DNA from: a virus
Lineage: Duplodnaviria > Caudoviricetes
DNA: 64,000 nt
Direction: 5' to 3' (one strand)
IMG/VR virus record: IMGVR_UViG_3300025154_000056
Coordinates: 32,001-96,000 of that record
Shown here one piece after another: positions 9,400 through 19,472 of the stretch. The position numbers and the translations under genes are program-made. The notes under the pieces are model-generated. The model was given only the letters and a program-made list of their open reading frames with translations, searched no databases and was not told the origin of the DNA. Within the stretch, counting starts at the first letter, position 1; each line of letters opens with the position of its first letter.

Positions 9400-10731
9400 A
9401 TGACAATCTCAAATACCAATTCTGAAGGTACTGGCGGCGTTCCCGCTGGTGCAGACGCAGCGCAAGTCAAATCCAACGACGCGAAACCCGAAGAGTCAAT
9501 TACTTCCATGATGGAGAAAGTCCGTCAGGAAGAAAAGAAAAAGCTCTACTCTCAGATTGAGCGAGAGAAGCAGTCGAATCACGACTTGCGTACTCGCACA
9601 GCGGCTTTGGAGCAGGAACTGCAGGAGCAGAAGCTCGCGAAGCTGCCCCCAGACGAGGCATACAAAGAGCGTCTCGCTCAATTGGAAGCACAGAATAGGC
9701 GCCTCACTGACGAGGCGAATACCGCACGTATCCAGGCAGAGCAGCGCGCTCGGGCTGCCCAGGTTCTGGCGTACAGAGAGCGGGCCATTCGTGGTGCTAG
9801 AGATAACGGGCGTGGAATTGTGTTGGAGATGGTTGTAGGAAGTAGCGAAGAGGAGATTGATCGAGCAATCGAACTCTCTGCTGCTGAGTACAGACGTATC
9901 GAAGACAGAATTCGGGAACAGCTCGCGGCAGAGATGGCTCAGAGGCACCAGCAGCAATTCGTTCCCACGCAATATGCTCCTCAGCCTCCGCAGAATCCTG
10001 CGTATGTACCACAACAGCAATTCCAACCAGGGGCGGGGATGCCACAAGTTGTCAATCCTGCTCCTGTGACCGAGCAAGGACCGCCCACCGCACCTGACAT
10101 CTCAGCTCTTACGAATGAGCACGCTATCAGGTCCGGTATCTATGGTGGCGAAACAAGAGCCCATCTATTGGCGCAAATCCAGCGGATGGGTAACCCGCAG
10201 TCTACCACTGTGGGGAACTTCCCTCGTTCGTGGTCTCCAGCGCAACAGGTGCAGCAGCCCATGCCCTACATGCAGCAGCAACAGCTCCCTGGTGGAGCGG
10301 TGCAGCCTCATGGGAACCCGATTGCGGCTCCGCAGCACCCTCGCATGGTTCAGCAACCGATGCAGCCCTGGCCCGCTCAGGCCCCGCAGCATCCGTCGTA
10401 TCCGCAGCAGCCTCAACAGTACCCCCAACAGGTGCCGCAGCCTCAATATCCGCAGTACCCACAGTACCCGCAGCAGATGCCCCCGCAGCAGCCCCAGCAG
10501 CCCGCTGGTGCCCCTATGGTGGATCCCGCGCGTATGGCGGCTCAAGAGGCTATCAACCGCACCTTGCAGGGAAACAACCCGGTGATGGGGGATAATCCTG
10601 GGGCGGCGCAAGCCCTCCAAGAGGCTCATCAGTATGGGCAGTACCATGGGGTGACACCGAATACGGCGCACGCACAGAGGTTTGCTGCGAGTCCTCCGAT
10701 TCCGGTAGGGCCACCAGGATCACAACAGTAG
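9400..10731 (+). CDS. Capsid scaffolding protein with long Pro/Gln-rich tail
   Basis: AGGAG RBS; KVRQEEKKKLY then coiled coil; directly upstream of the major capsid gene. Confidence 0.75.
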   Translation: MTISNTNSEGTGGVPAGADAAQVKSNDAKPEESITSMMEKVRQEEKKKLYSQIEREKQSNHDLRTRTAALEQELQEQKLAKLPPDEAYKERLAQLEAQNRRLTDEANTARIQAEQRARAAQVLAYRERAIRGARDNGRGIVLEMVVGSSEEEIDRAIELSAAEYRRIEDRIREQLAAEMAQRHQQQFVPTQYAPQPPQNPAYVPQQQFQPGAGMPQVVNPAPVTEQGPPTAPDISALTNEHAIRSGIYGGETRAHLLAQIQRMGNPQSTTVGNFPRSWSPAQQVQQPMPYMQQQQLPGGAVQPHGNPIAAPQHPRMVQQPMQPWPAQAPQHPSYPQQPQQYPQQVPQPQYPQYPQYPQQMPPQQPQQPAGAPMVDPARMAAQEAINRTLQGNNPVMGDNPGAAQALQEAHQYGQYHGVTPNTAHAQRFAASPPIPVGPPGSQQ

Positions 10732-10788
10732 GAGTTCCCTGCAGGTGTATTTAGGCTTCAGTATTTGAACCTGTAAGGAGTCAGAGAT

Positions 10789-11778
10789 ATGGGATCCGTT
10801 CTAAATAGCGCAGTCCAGACCGGTGCTGGGTTTTCGCAGCAAGTCAACTCCGTGCGAGACGTCTTCTCGGCGGAGATTTGGTATTCAGCACTTCCTATTC
10901 TGAAGTTTGACCAATTCAGTACGAAGAAGACTGAGCTTGGTGTTCAACCGGGCAGGACGATTCAGCTGCCCAAGTTCGGCAACATCAAGCGTGGTGGTCG
11001 GCTCACTGAGGGTGTTCGTCTTCAGACGCGCGGCATGTCGATGTCGCAACAGTCCCTGACGGTGTGGGAGAACGGTAACGCCATCGGGTTTACCGAGTAC
11101 CTGCTCCAGACTGCGTTCTTCGACCAGCTCGCGGCGGCTTCGCTGCTTCTGGGTCGGGACATGGCAGTCGTGCTTGATCTGCAGCTTCGTGCTGCGATCA
11201 TGCTCGCAACGAATACCGTCTTCGCAAATGGCAAGGCGTCTAGGGATCTGCTTGTGGCGGCGGATGTCATGGACACCCGTTCGATCAAGGATGCAGTTGA
11301 GATCCTCGAAACGACCAACAGCCCCAAGTGGGCTGGGGATCACTACATCTGCTTCCTGCACCCCCACCAGGGTCGAGGACTGCGAGATGACAACGACTGG
11401 ATCAATGCGTCGTTGTACGCTGGCTCCCAGCAGATCTACACTGGAGAAATCGGTCGATACGAAGACGTCCGATTCATCGTCACTACGGTGATGCCCAATG
11501 GCGCGAATAACGCTGTTGATACAAGCACTGGTGACTTCGTGGATCCTGGCTACGATGCGAATCTTCGCGTCGGTGCTGGCGTTCCTGCGAACCAAGTCAA
11601 CGTCTACCAGTCGGTCATGTTCGGTGAGTACGCGTACGGCCATGCTACGTCGCTGCCCGTCGAGCTGCGCGACAACGGTACAGAGGACTACGGTCGCGAG
11701 CACGGGCTTGCGTGGTACTCCATCTGGGGAGAGGGTCTCCTGGAGACAGACAACTCGGTCGTCATTGAGACGGCGTAG
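10789..11778 (+). CDS. Major capsid protein (N4-gp56-like, HK97 fold)
   Basis: PGRTIQLPKF...LTEG, YICFLHPHQ..L..D..W, GEIGRYEDVRF, EDYGR; AAGGAG RBS. Confidence 0.92.
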   Translation: MGSVLNSAVQTGAGFSQQVNSVRDVFSAEIWYSALPILKFDQFSTKKTELGVQPGRTIQLPKFGNIKRGGRLTEGVRLQTRGMSMSQQSLTVWENGNAIGFTEYLLQTAFFDQLAAASLLLGRDMAVVLDLQLRAAIMLATNTVFANGKASRDLLVAADVMDTRSIKDAVEILETTNSPKWAGDHYICFLHPHQGRGLRDDNDWINASLYAGSQQIYTGEIGRYEDVRFIVTTVMPNGANNAVDTSTGDFVDPGYDANLRVGAGVPANQVNVYQSVMFGEYAYGHATSLPVELRDNGTEDYGREHGLAWYSIWGEGLLETDNSVVIETA

Positions 11779-11806
11779 TAGCAAGCGGCAATAGGAGATA
11801 TCTGTA

Positions 11807-12142
11807 ATGGCAAATCAGACTAAGTCGGGCATCGACCACATTGGCCTCAATGCCAGCAACATTCGCTACGTCGCAGCTACTGTGAACGCGGCTGGTATTG
11901 CGGCTGGTGAGACTTTCACGATCACGCTTCCTGAGGACCTGGACGTCAACTACGTCCCTATCATGCTGTCGCATTGGCGCGGCGCTGGTGGTGTGTGGTC
12001 CCCCATCGCTGCTGGTTCCATCGTTGTCACCAGCTATACCCCCGCTACTCGGACCCTCCTCCTCACCGCTGCAGGTGCTGGGTGCAACGCTGCTGACGAA
12101 CTCATCATGCTGTTCGCTGCTACGGAAGCTGTGATCTCGTAG
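11807..12142 (+). CDS. Putative capsid decoration/minor head protein
   Basis: Small beta-rich ORF after capsid gene; AGGAG RBS. Confidence 0.55.
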   Translation: MANQTKSGIDHIGLNASNIRYVAATVNAAGIAAGETFTITLPEDLDVNYVPIMLSHWRGAGGVWSPIAAGSIVVTSYTPATRTLLLTAAGAGCNAADELIMLFAATEAVIS

Positions 12143-12170
12143 ACGTGGGCAGAATTGAAGGAGCGATATT

Positions 12171-12533
12171 ATGTCGAAGCAACCTCAAAACGTCCCCGGA
12201 CGTGTTTCAGTGTCCGCTGAACCGATGGAAGAAGTAGTGGAAAACAAGGGCGCATTCCAGTCAGAGACTGCTCGTAAGGCTGCGGAAGCCGCTGACCTAT
12301 CAGAGAGAACTGACGTCAGCGAACCGAAGTCCGCACTCGTTGGCGCAAACGACACCCCCATAGCCATCGATGTGCAGAAGGTGGACGGCAATCGAGAGGT
12401 TGTTGTTCGTCCTCTGAAGACGGTCTCTCGCCTGTGGTTCGGCCGCGAGCAGTACAGTCTCGTTGCTGGAAAGAAGGCGAAGGTTCCTCTGCGTGTGGCA
12501 AACATCCTTCGTCAGAAGGGTATTGTCGCGTAG
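12171..12533 (+). CDS. Hypothetical head-associated protein
   Basis: AAGGAG RBS; C-terminal GKKAKVPLRVANILRQKG. Confidence 0.6.
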   Translation: MSKQPQNVPGRVSVSAEPMEEVVENKGAFQSETARKAAEAADLSERTDVSEPKSALVGANDTPIAIDVQKVDGNREVVVRPLKTVSRLWFGREQYSLVAGKKAKVPLRVANILRQKGIVA

Positions 12534-12557
12534 TCTCTGGGAGGCACCAGACTGGAT

Positions 12558-12600
12558 GGGCCATTCTCGGGGGACACTCTGAGATGGCCCTTCTGTTTAT
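12558..12600 (+). terminator. Probable intrinsic terminator after capsid operon
   Basis: GGGCCAT(T)CTC...GAGATGGCCC stem followed by TTCTGTTTAT. Confidence 0.6.
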
Positions 12601-12619
12601 CGGCTCGCAGGAGAATTAG

Positions 12620-14044
12620 ATGAGTTCGATTATTGACAGCTTGAGAGAACGAATCAAGGATGAGCAATACGCACAACGTGCGTTCGGACTCGCAATCTCC
12701 GATGAGAACGTTCAACGTGCCCTCGCAGAGATCACTAACAATCACTTGATTGTTACAATTTCTAGCGGCTCAGGGGCGAAAGCTAGAGGCATCGACTTCG
12801 ACCTATCGGACGCGAGATACGACACTATTGGTAAGCTGTACCAGGCTGTGTCGCGCATGGAGGGGTACCAGGCGAACCTGGACGAAGACGCCTCCATGTC
12901 CCACCCATCAATTGACTTGGAGCACTTCGGCCCCATGGACATTGCTGGCGTAGGGCTAGATATGAAACACCACGTCTTCTCCGATGCTGAGTTGGAGAGG
13001 TACCTTGGGTTTGCGGTCAAGCGTCACAACCCAGGGCTGACCATGGATACCTTACCCGATGGTGAGATAATCTTAGTCATCTATTTGGCATCAGCGGATA
13101 TATGCAGGATCCAAGCCCACGACGCAACCAAACGTAAGGGAATGGATTCGGAGATATTCTACCTGCTTGAGATGGCGAACAATTTCGACAGGGCGTACCA
13201 GAAGGATGCGAAGCGCCTCAGTCGAGCCATCGTCTCTCCGAAGGAGTCTCCTCGCAACGACATGCGAGAGGGTGACGTAGTACTAGGTAGTCTGATGCGT
13301 AGGAGCATGCGTACCGGGCTCATCTCTCCTATGTCGCAGAACCTGCCCCCTAGTCCAGCAGAGTTGTTTGACCCCAATGATGAGGACGTGGAAGACACGT
13401 TCGTTCGAGTTAGGTGGATGCGCAATAGAGACCTGGACTATTACAGCTTTGAGCTTTGGATGGACTCTAGGCCAGATGTTGCGCGTACTCGGGAAGCGCT
13501 GCTGGCGGCTGAGCAAACATACTCAGCGCATGGGGACGCGCAGATGCTGAGGCAGTCCACGAGCAAGCTGGTGTACAGGTCTATGGGGCCCAACACCCGT
13601 GGGTCTGCTCAATTCACACCTACTGCATTCATTGGTGGCAACGGCAGCCAGGTAACAAACTACGTTGTTGATAGTCTGGAGCCCGACACTACGTACTATT
13701 TTAGGGCGTACATATTCGACCTGAACGATGAGTCTGTGGCTTCGAACGTAGCGGAGTTCAGGACTAAGTCACTGCGTACTCGATTCACTGAGACTGGTAC
13801 CGTAGTTCCTGTGCACGGCGTGGCTACTGATTTGGTATTAGTCAACTTCGATTCGACCTTCGGGCCAATTACTGCTAGCCACCAATTGAAGATGGGAGAA
13901 AAGACTCTTGCCTTTACGGTTATTACTCCCACGCAGGCTCAAATTACTGTACCTTCTTTTTTGAACAAGGGTCTGAAAGACCTTGTCGTCATATCGCCCA
14001 ACAGCTTGATCAACATCCGTCGTAACATTTTCGAGGTGAGGTAA
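12620..14044 (+). CDS. Putative head-tail adaptor with fibronectin-III and Ig/IPT-like C-terminal domains
   Basis: FSDAELERYL adaptor-like segment; FN3 motif DSLEPDTTYYFRAY; position between capsid and tail genes. Confidence 0.6.
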   Translation: MSSIIDSLRERIKDEQYAQRAFGLAISDENVQRALAEITNNHLIVTISSGSGAKARGIDFDLSDARYDTIGKLYQAVSRMEGYQANLDEDASMSHPSIDLEHFGPMDIAGVGLDMKHHVFSDAELERYLGFAVKRHNPGLTMDTLPDGEIILVIYLASADICRIQAHDATKRKGMDSEIFYLLEMANNFDRAYQKDAKRLSRAIVSPKESPRNDMREGDVVLGSLMRRSMRTGLISPMSQNLPPSPAELFDPNDEDVEDTFVRVRWMRNRDLDYYSFELWMDSRPDVARTREALLAAEQTYSAHGDAQMLRQSTSKLVYRSMGPNTRGSAQFTPTAFIGGNGSQVTNYVVDSLEPDTTYYFRAYIFDLNDESVASNVAEFRTKSLRTRFTETGTVVPVHGVATDLVLVNFDSTFGPITASHQLKMGEKTLAFTVITPTQAQITVPSFLNKGLKDLVVISPNSLINIRRNIFEVR

Positions 14045-14487
14045 TGGGCTTCATCCTGAAGTGGACTGAGCGGGCGAAACAGACCATTCGCAAAGTCACG
14101 CAGATACCCGATCGTTACGACGATGCTGCGGAGGCGTACGCTAAGGCGTTGGCTGAGGAGACCGTAAAGCAAGTCCGAGAGCGCATACTGTCTGGGTCGA
14201 TTACTCCGGGTCTCAAAGCGTCAACGTTACAATCCAAGAGGAGTAAGGGGCAAGACCCTCGCGTTCTGGTCATGACTAGAGCGTATGTAGATGGTATGGA
14301 AGCTGTACCCGCATCTGGGAAGCACTCATGGGGAGTTCGAGCAGACCCAGACAAATTCAGAATGCTTGAATATGGTACCCCGAAAATGCCCCCTCGTCCC
14401 CACATGATTAGTGTGGCTCAAGTAAAGAGGAGGGATGTACGACTCAAGGCTAAGTTCTTCAAAGACATGCTAGGGTTTGGTGAATAG
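14044..14487 (+). CDS. Neck/tail-completion protein (HK97 gp10-like)
   Basis: MLEYGTPKMPPRP motif. Confidence 0.75.
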   Translation: MGFILKWTERAKQTIRKVTQIPDRYDDAAEAYAKALAEETVKQVRERILSGSITPGLKASTLQSKRSKGQDPRVLVMTRAYVDGMEAVPASGKHSWGVRADPDKFRMLEYGTPKMPPRPHMISVAQVKRRDVRLKAKFFKDMLGFGE

Positions 14488-14489
14488 AG

Positions 14490-15401
14490 ATGCTCTTTCT
14501 AGAGCTAGACCTAGCAATCTTCGAGCGTCTCACAGGGGCTCCGCTAGATGATAAGGGGCGCCCGAAGATGGGCCCAGATAATCTCCCTGTCAATCGGTGC
14601 ATCCCTGGGCCACCGAAGATGAACGGGGAACTACAGCCTTCATGGGGAATAAGAATACCCCAATTGAAGGCACCATTCGATACGTACCACGGTCTGACCT
14701 CAAACGACCCAATGGCGTATCGCATGTTCGAGAAGGGCTTCAGCCCTAGCTCGTTCAGACAAGTACCGGTGTTCGACGAGAACATCGAGAATCGTAAGTG
14801 GTCGGACGTGTGGCCCTGCGTGACATTTAGTCTGCAGGACTTCTACCATCAAACTGCAACATCATCGTACGGTAGCTACGGCTCCGAGTTTGACCCTAAG
14901 TCTGACCCAGCAGAGATCAGGAACAGCAGTGGTGAGGTTGTAGCCAGCGGCAGACAGAACAAATTGATTTCTCCCCACCCGGAGTCGTGGGACGTTACAT
15001 ACGCTATTCGGGTGTTCTCAAAGAGCAAGATTGAATTGGAGCTGATTACTTCGCAACTACTTACCAAGATGTTCCCAGGTCGAAGCGCTATTGAGGTGGG
15101 ATTCATGAACGGCACCAAGCACTGGTGCGACATGTTCTGGATCTGGTCACAGAACCTCGACCTTCGAGGGGAGAACGTGAAGAAGAGTCTGGACCCATCT
15201 GAGCAGGCACATTATTCAAGGGCATTCTTTTACAAGATCGAATCGTATATGGACAACACTGGCGACAAGTTTGGGTACGGAGAGCAGTATTCCAAACCTG
15301 TTATTTTGGGACGCATAATGGAATTGGCTAAGCTCCGTGATGGGAACCTAGTCGATGGAATCGAATACGATATCGAAGACGCAGAACAACCAGCTACCTA
15401 G
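14490..15401 (+). CDS. Putative tail terminator/completion protein
   Basis: Immediately before sheath; WPCVTF, DVTYAIRVFSK. Confidence 0.5.
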   Translation: MLFLELDLAIFERLTGAPLDDKGRPKMGPDNLPVNRCIPGPPKMNGELQPSWGIRIPQLKAPFDTYHGLTSNDPMAYRMFEKGFSPSSFRQVPVFDENIENRKWSDVWPCVTFSLQDFYHQTATSSYGSYGSEFDPKSDPAEIRNSSGEVVASGRQNKLISPHPESWDVTYAIRVFSKSKIELELITSQLLTKMFPGRSAIEVGFMNGTKHWCDMFWIWSQNLDLRGENVKKSLDPSEQAHYSRAFFYKIESYMDNTGDKFGYGEQYSKPVILGRIMELAKLRDGNLVDGIEYDIEDAEQPAT

Positions 15402-15424
15402 GTTGCTACAGGAGAAAAAGGGCA

Positions 15425-17902
15425 ATGGTCGAATACAAGAGTCCCAACTTTCGTTGGACGGAGAAAAAGGTTGGAGCGAGCCCGGTGATCTTCACTGGGG
15501 CTCAATCTGATGCTGTTTGCGGCTTCAGCGGCTACGCGTATCGTGGACCGACTGAGCCGTATGCTGTTGCTAGCATGGGGGAATTCGAGGAAGTCTATGG
15601 CGGGCGACCCGATAATTTCACGTACCCAGGTAGTTGCTACCTCTTCGATAGCGTCGAAGGGTTCTTCAAGCAGGTTGGCTCTGGCGTCGTGTATGTGCAG
15701 CGTTTCGTTGGCGCTGGCGCAGCTGCGGCACAGAGAGTCCTGGGTGTAAGCGGTGGCCCGGCTACCGTTGGTAGCATCACCAGTGACCCCGCGTCGTTCC
15801 CAGTGGCACTGGCGCCTGGGGACACGTTCATCGGTAACGTGGATAGCGACGCTATGGGCCCTGCGACGCTGACCATCGCTGCTACTCCTGCAGAGTACGT
15901 CGGTCCTGGGGTACCTGGAGCTACGTACGCAGCTTGCGTCGCTACCAATGAGGTGGTTATTGCCATCGCTGGATATGCAAATCAAACTATTCAATGCACG
16001 GGTGCTGAGAACACCCAAGCGCTGTGGCACGATCTGCTCAACGCCAATTTGATTGGAGCATACGTCATCAACGATGGTGGCGAATCCAAGATCGTCACTG
16101 ACCAGAAGGGCTCTGGAGCGGCTGGCTCCATTGTGTCTGGAGACGTAGACGTCCTGGCAGCTTTGGGCTGGGTAGCAGCTGCACCCCTCGTGAACGCTGG
16201 CCCCAACAACGTTGCTGACGTGCTCGCTGTAGGTGCCCTGGAATGGGCAGGAGAATGGGGTGGAGCGCTTGCTGGTCTCGGTGGTGGTACCTCCATCGCC
16301 ATCAATGCAGACGACTCCATTACCTGGACTTCTTTGGCGACAGGCGTCGCTGCGAACGTGCAATTCACTGGTGGCACTGGTCTTGCGAAGATTGCTGGTC
16401 TCGCCATCGGTACCTACTCTGGTGCTGCCAGCTCCACTATTGGAGCTGTTCAACTGGACGCATCGAGTGTGGGCACTTGGGGCGACGACATGCGCACCTC
16501 TGTGAGCCACAACGACATCACAGGTCCCCTGGTTTCTGGGGCGCTCGCTGCGGGGGCACAGACTCGCATCCCCGTTGCTAGCATCAACAAGATCTCTATT
16601 GGTGATCAGATCTCTATCACCAAGGGTGTCGACGTGCAGCGCGGTGTGGTCAAGTACTTGGAGCGCACCACTCCCCCAGCCATTGTGCTGGAGAGTGCCA
16701 TCACGGTTCCTGGCGGTGGTTACGCTGGCACCGAGACAGTGAAAATCGAGACATGGAATTTGTCTATCTACGACAGCAACATGAGTCTCGTCACTACGTA
16801 TGCAAACATCCGTATGTCTGCGCTTGCTGGCGCCAACTACGTGGTGAACAAGATCAACTCCGTCCCGCTTACGTGGGTCGAGGCGACGGTTCTTGGCACC
16901 CTCCCGGCGATTCCGGCTGACCAGCGACCGTTGGCTGATGCCAGCCCTGTGAGCCTCGCAGGGGGCAACGACGGAGCGGCAGTGGCCCAGGCTGATGTCC
17001 AGGGTAGCAGCAGTGCAAAGACTGGGCTCTACGCATGGCTGAAGGTCGACGAGTTGGACATCGCAGCCATCCCAGGTCTCTCTGAGATGGGGCTCTCCAA
17101 CGCGGCAGTGTCTCAAATCATCTCTGATGCAGAGGCGATTGCTGAGGCAGTGGGTGAGTGGCAGTGGATTTGGGACCTCAAGGATGGGCTGCTCCCGAAC
17201 CTCTCTGCTGGTCAAATCGTTGATTGGAAATCGGTCACAATGGGCATCGACTCGTCGCACTCGATGTGTTGGTTCCCGTGGTTGGTCAAGGCAGTCAACG
17301 GTATTGAAGTGAATGTTCCCAATTCTGGGTACGTCCTCGGCACTATCTCTCGTACGTGGCGCAGCCGTTCGTTCGGCAAAGCTCCTGCGGGCACTGTCGA
17401 CGGCAAGATCGAGGGGATCATCAGGCGGGCGTACGACCTGGATCAAGACTCGTACAACTACCTGTACCCGAATGGCATCAACGGTATTATGTCATTCAAG
17501 AACATCGGGGTCGTGGGGTGGGGCAACAACACCGCTGACGCTCTTGGTGTATTTGCTGCACTCAATGAGCGCTTTGTGTTCAACCGTGCAAAGCGGGCAG
17601 TTCGTGAAATCATTCGTGCGTATTCGTTCGAGTACAACGACGATGACACTCGAAGCATGCTCAAGATGCTGGTCGATGACCTCATGGCAGAGTGGCAGGG
17701 TAAGAAGATCCTCGCTGGGCAAGGCATGGCGGAAGGCTGGTACTTCCTCTGCGATAGGAACCTCAACACTGCCTCGGTGATCAAGGCGCGTAAGATCAGA
17801 TTCACGCTTGGCCTTGCTGCGAATCAAGCGGCTGAATTTGTCGAGGGCACCATCGAGCAAGACTTGCGGGCACTCTCGTCTGAGATGACGGCAACTGTCT
17901 GA
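15425..17902 (+). CDS. Contractile tail sheath protein with inserted accessory domains
   Basis: RGPTEP..V.S..EF..VYG, LAGGNDG, IAAIPG, FPW, KAPAG, LYPNGINGI, VGWG, AAEFV. Confidence 0.93.
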   Translation: MVEYKSPNFRWTEKKVGASPVIFTGAQSDAVCGFSGYAYRGPTEPYAVASMGEFEEVYGGRPDNFTYPGSCYLFDSVEGFFKQVGSGVVYVQRFVGAGAAAAQRVLGVSGGPATVGSITSDPASFPVALAPGDTFIGNVDSDAMGPATLTIAATPAEYVGPGVPGATYAACVATNEVVIAIAGYANQTIQCTGAENTQALWHDLLNANLIGAYVINDGGESKIVTDQKGSGAAGSIVSGDVDVLAALGWVAAAPLVNAGPNNVADVLAVGALEWAGEWGGALAGLGGGTSIAINADDSITWTSLATGVAANVQFTGGTGLAKIAGLAIGTYSGAASSTIGAVQLDASSVGTWGDDMRTSVSHNDITGPLVSGALAAGAQTRIPVASINKISIGDQISITKGVDVQRGVVKYLERTTPPAIVLESAITVPGGGYAGTETVKIETWNLSIYDSNMSLVTTYANIRMSALAGANYVVNKINSVPLTWVEATVLGTLPAIPADQRPLADASPVSLAGGNDGAAVAQADVQGSSSAKTGLYAWLKVDELDIAAIPGLSEMGLSNAAVSQIISDAEAIAEAVGEWQWIWDLKDGLLPNLSAGQIVDWKSVTMGIDSSHSMCWFPWLVKAVNGIEVNVPNSGYVLGTISRTWRSRSFGKAPAGTVDGKIEGIIRRAYDLDQDSYNYLYPNGINGIMSFKNIGVVGWGNNTADALGVFAALNERFVFNRAKRAVREIIRAYSFEYNDDDTRSMLKMLVDDLMAEWQGKKILAGQGMAEGWYFLCDRNLNTASVIKARKIRFTLGLAANQAAEFVEGTIEQDLRALSSEMTATV

Positions 17903-17917
17903 TAGAAGGAGTTCACT

Positions 17918-18406
17918 ATGGCTCGCATTACGTACGAAGATCCTATCAAGGTGTTCCGATACCGAGTCCTGGTTCCTGGCTGGGACCAAGGTGCTGGGTT
18001 CAGTGAGTGCCTCGGCTTGAACGTGGAGAACGATGTCGTTGAGTACCGCGAGGGCGGCATGCTGGACACTCCGCAGAAGTCTCCAGGGCTGCAGAAGTTC
18101 GGTGACATTACGCTGCGGCGTGGGCAATTCTTCTCTGGGAAATCACGGGACTCGGAGTTCATCATTTGGTGCCAGAGTGTCAACCGAGTGACCCTCGGCT
18201 TGGGCGGTACTGATCTTGTTCTTCGAAAGGAGCTGGTCATTCGTCAATACAACAACAGGAATGAGGCTGTTGTTGATTGGTACATCAAAGAGGCGTGGCC
18301 CCGTACCTACAAGCCCATGTCGGATATGAACGGCAACTCGTCTGAGAACAGCATCGAAGAGCTTGTGCTCACTCACGAAGGCTTCACTCAGACACGATTC
18401 ATGTAA
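17918..18406 (+). CDS. Tail tube protein (T4 gp19-like)
   Basis: AGFSECLGL, EYREGG, PGLQKFGDITLRRG, AWP, IEELVLTHEG. Confidence 0.93.
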   Translation: MARITYEDPIKVFRYRVLVPGWDQGAGFSECLGLNVENDVVEYREGGMLDTPQKSPGLQKFGDITLRRGQFFSGKSRDSEFIIWCQSVNRVTLGLGGTDLVLRKELVIRQYNNRNEAVVDWYIKEAWPRTYKPMSDMNGNSSENSIEELVLTHEGFTQTRFM

Positions 18407-18438
18407 GACACAATTTGCGTCGACTAGGAGAAAGATAA

Positions 18439-19239
18439 ATGGCGTCCGTTATTCAGCTACCCTGCGCGATCAAAGACACTTCGGGTAATTGGACCCGAGA
18501 AGTAGAGCTGGACGAAATCACAGGCATTGAAGAAGACATTCTGGCTGACACTCGTATGGCGGCGGATGGCAGTGGGCTACCCGCGAAATCTGGGTCTGCC
18601 CGGATTACGGAGATTCTATCCCGCTGCACTATCCGCATTGGCAATTCTGTGAGGCCCGAGGGAATGGACCGATTCACCTCCCCGAAGTTCTTCGAGGAGT
18701 GCTGGTGGAATGCATACCTAGCTGACCGGTCCTACTCTGTTGTGCAATTGAGAAGGCTCTCATTAGGAGATGACTTCTCTTTCACGGAGAATTGCCCCGC
18801 GTGCAAACAGGAGATTCCAAACATCAGTGTGGATTTGTCTACGTTGACTATCACCGAGGCAGACCAGGAGGCGGCTCGAAAGGCTGTGCACCCCCTGGAG
18901 CTGCCCTCCGGTAACACGTTCTCCTGGAGGATGTTCACGGGCAGGGATGAAGACAAGATTCACAGCATTCAGCGCAACCATCAGGAAGATATGAGGACAG
19001 CTCTATTGTTCTTGAGGTGCGTGCAGCTGAACGATCTGACTAGCCCTGTTGAGATTCAAGAGACTATTCGACGTATGGGTATTCGTGATCGCACGACCAT
19101 TCGTAACGCTATGTCGAAGGTCGAGGGCGGCATTGAGCAGGACCACAAGATCACGTGTCCTCACGCCATGTGCCACACGCAGTTCACGCTGCGGCTCGAC
19201 CCAGGCAAACCGTCTTTTTTCTTCCCATCGGAAATCTGA
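18439..19239 (+). CDS. Tail assembly chaperone / T4 gp26-like hub assembly protein
   Basis: EEDIL, DR...LRRLSLG, CPAC and CPHAMC, terminal SFFFP; between tube and tape measure. Confidence 0.8.
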   Translation: MASVIQLPCAIKDTSGNWTREVELDEITGIEEDILADTRMAADGSGLPAKSGSARITEILSRCTIRIGNSVRPEGMDRFTSPKFFEECWWNAYLADRSYSVVQLRRLSLGDDFSFTENCPACKQEIPNISVDLSTLTITEADQEAARKAVHPLELPSGNTFSWRMFTGRDEDKIHSIQRNHQEDMRTALLFLRCVQLNDLTSPVEIQETIRRMGIRDRTTIRNAMSKVEGGIEQDHKITCPHAMCHTQFTLRLDPGKPSFFFPSEI

Positions 19240-19463
19240 TTACACTGGAGTCGGACCTTTTAGCGCACTTGGATATATGGAACCAACCTATGGAAGTGAC
19301 ACGGAGGCTACCATACGGTCGTAGGCGCAGGGCGCTTAGATGGAAGACCAAGATCCAGGAATACAAACGAAGTAAGATGCGCAACAAGGACGACTCACCT
19401 ATCCAGCTAACGGGCGACGACATCAGATTCATTTGGGGCGACCCGTCTAAGTACAAGTTCTAG
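19215..19463 (+). other. -1 programmed frameshift site (T TTT TTC, 19215-19221) and chaperone extension
   Basis: X XXY YYZ heptamer five codons before the stop; -1 frame open to 19463, just before tape measure RBS. Confidence 0.75.
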
Positions 19464-19472
19464 GAGACAGCC

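Noticed and set aside
10885-11784. 299-aa minus-strand ORF
   Set aside because: Antisense shadow of the strongly codon-biased capsid gene.
15398-17446. 682-aa minus-strand ORF
   Set aside because: Antisense shadow of the sheath gene; no motifs, and the whole region is + strand coded.
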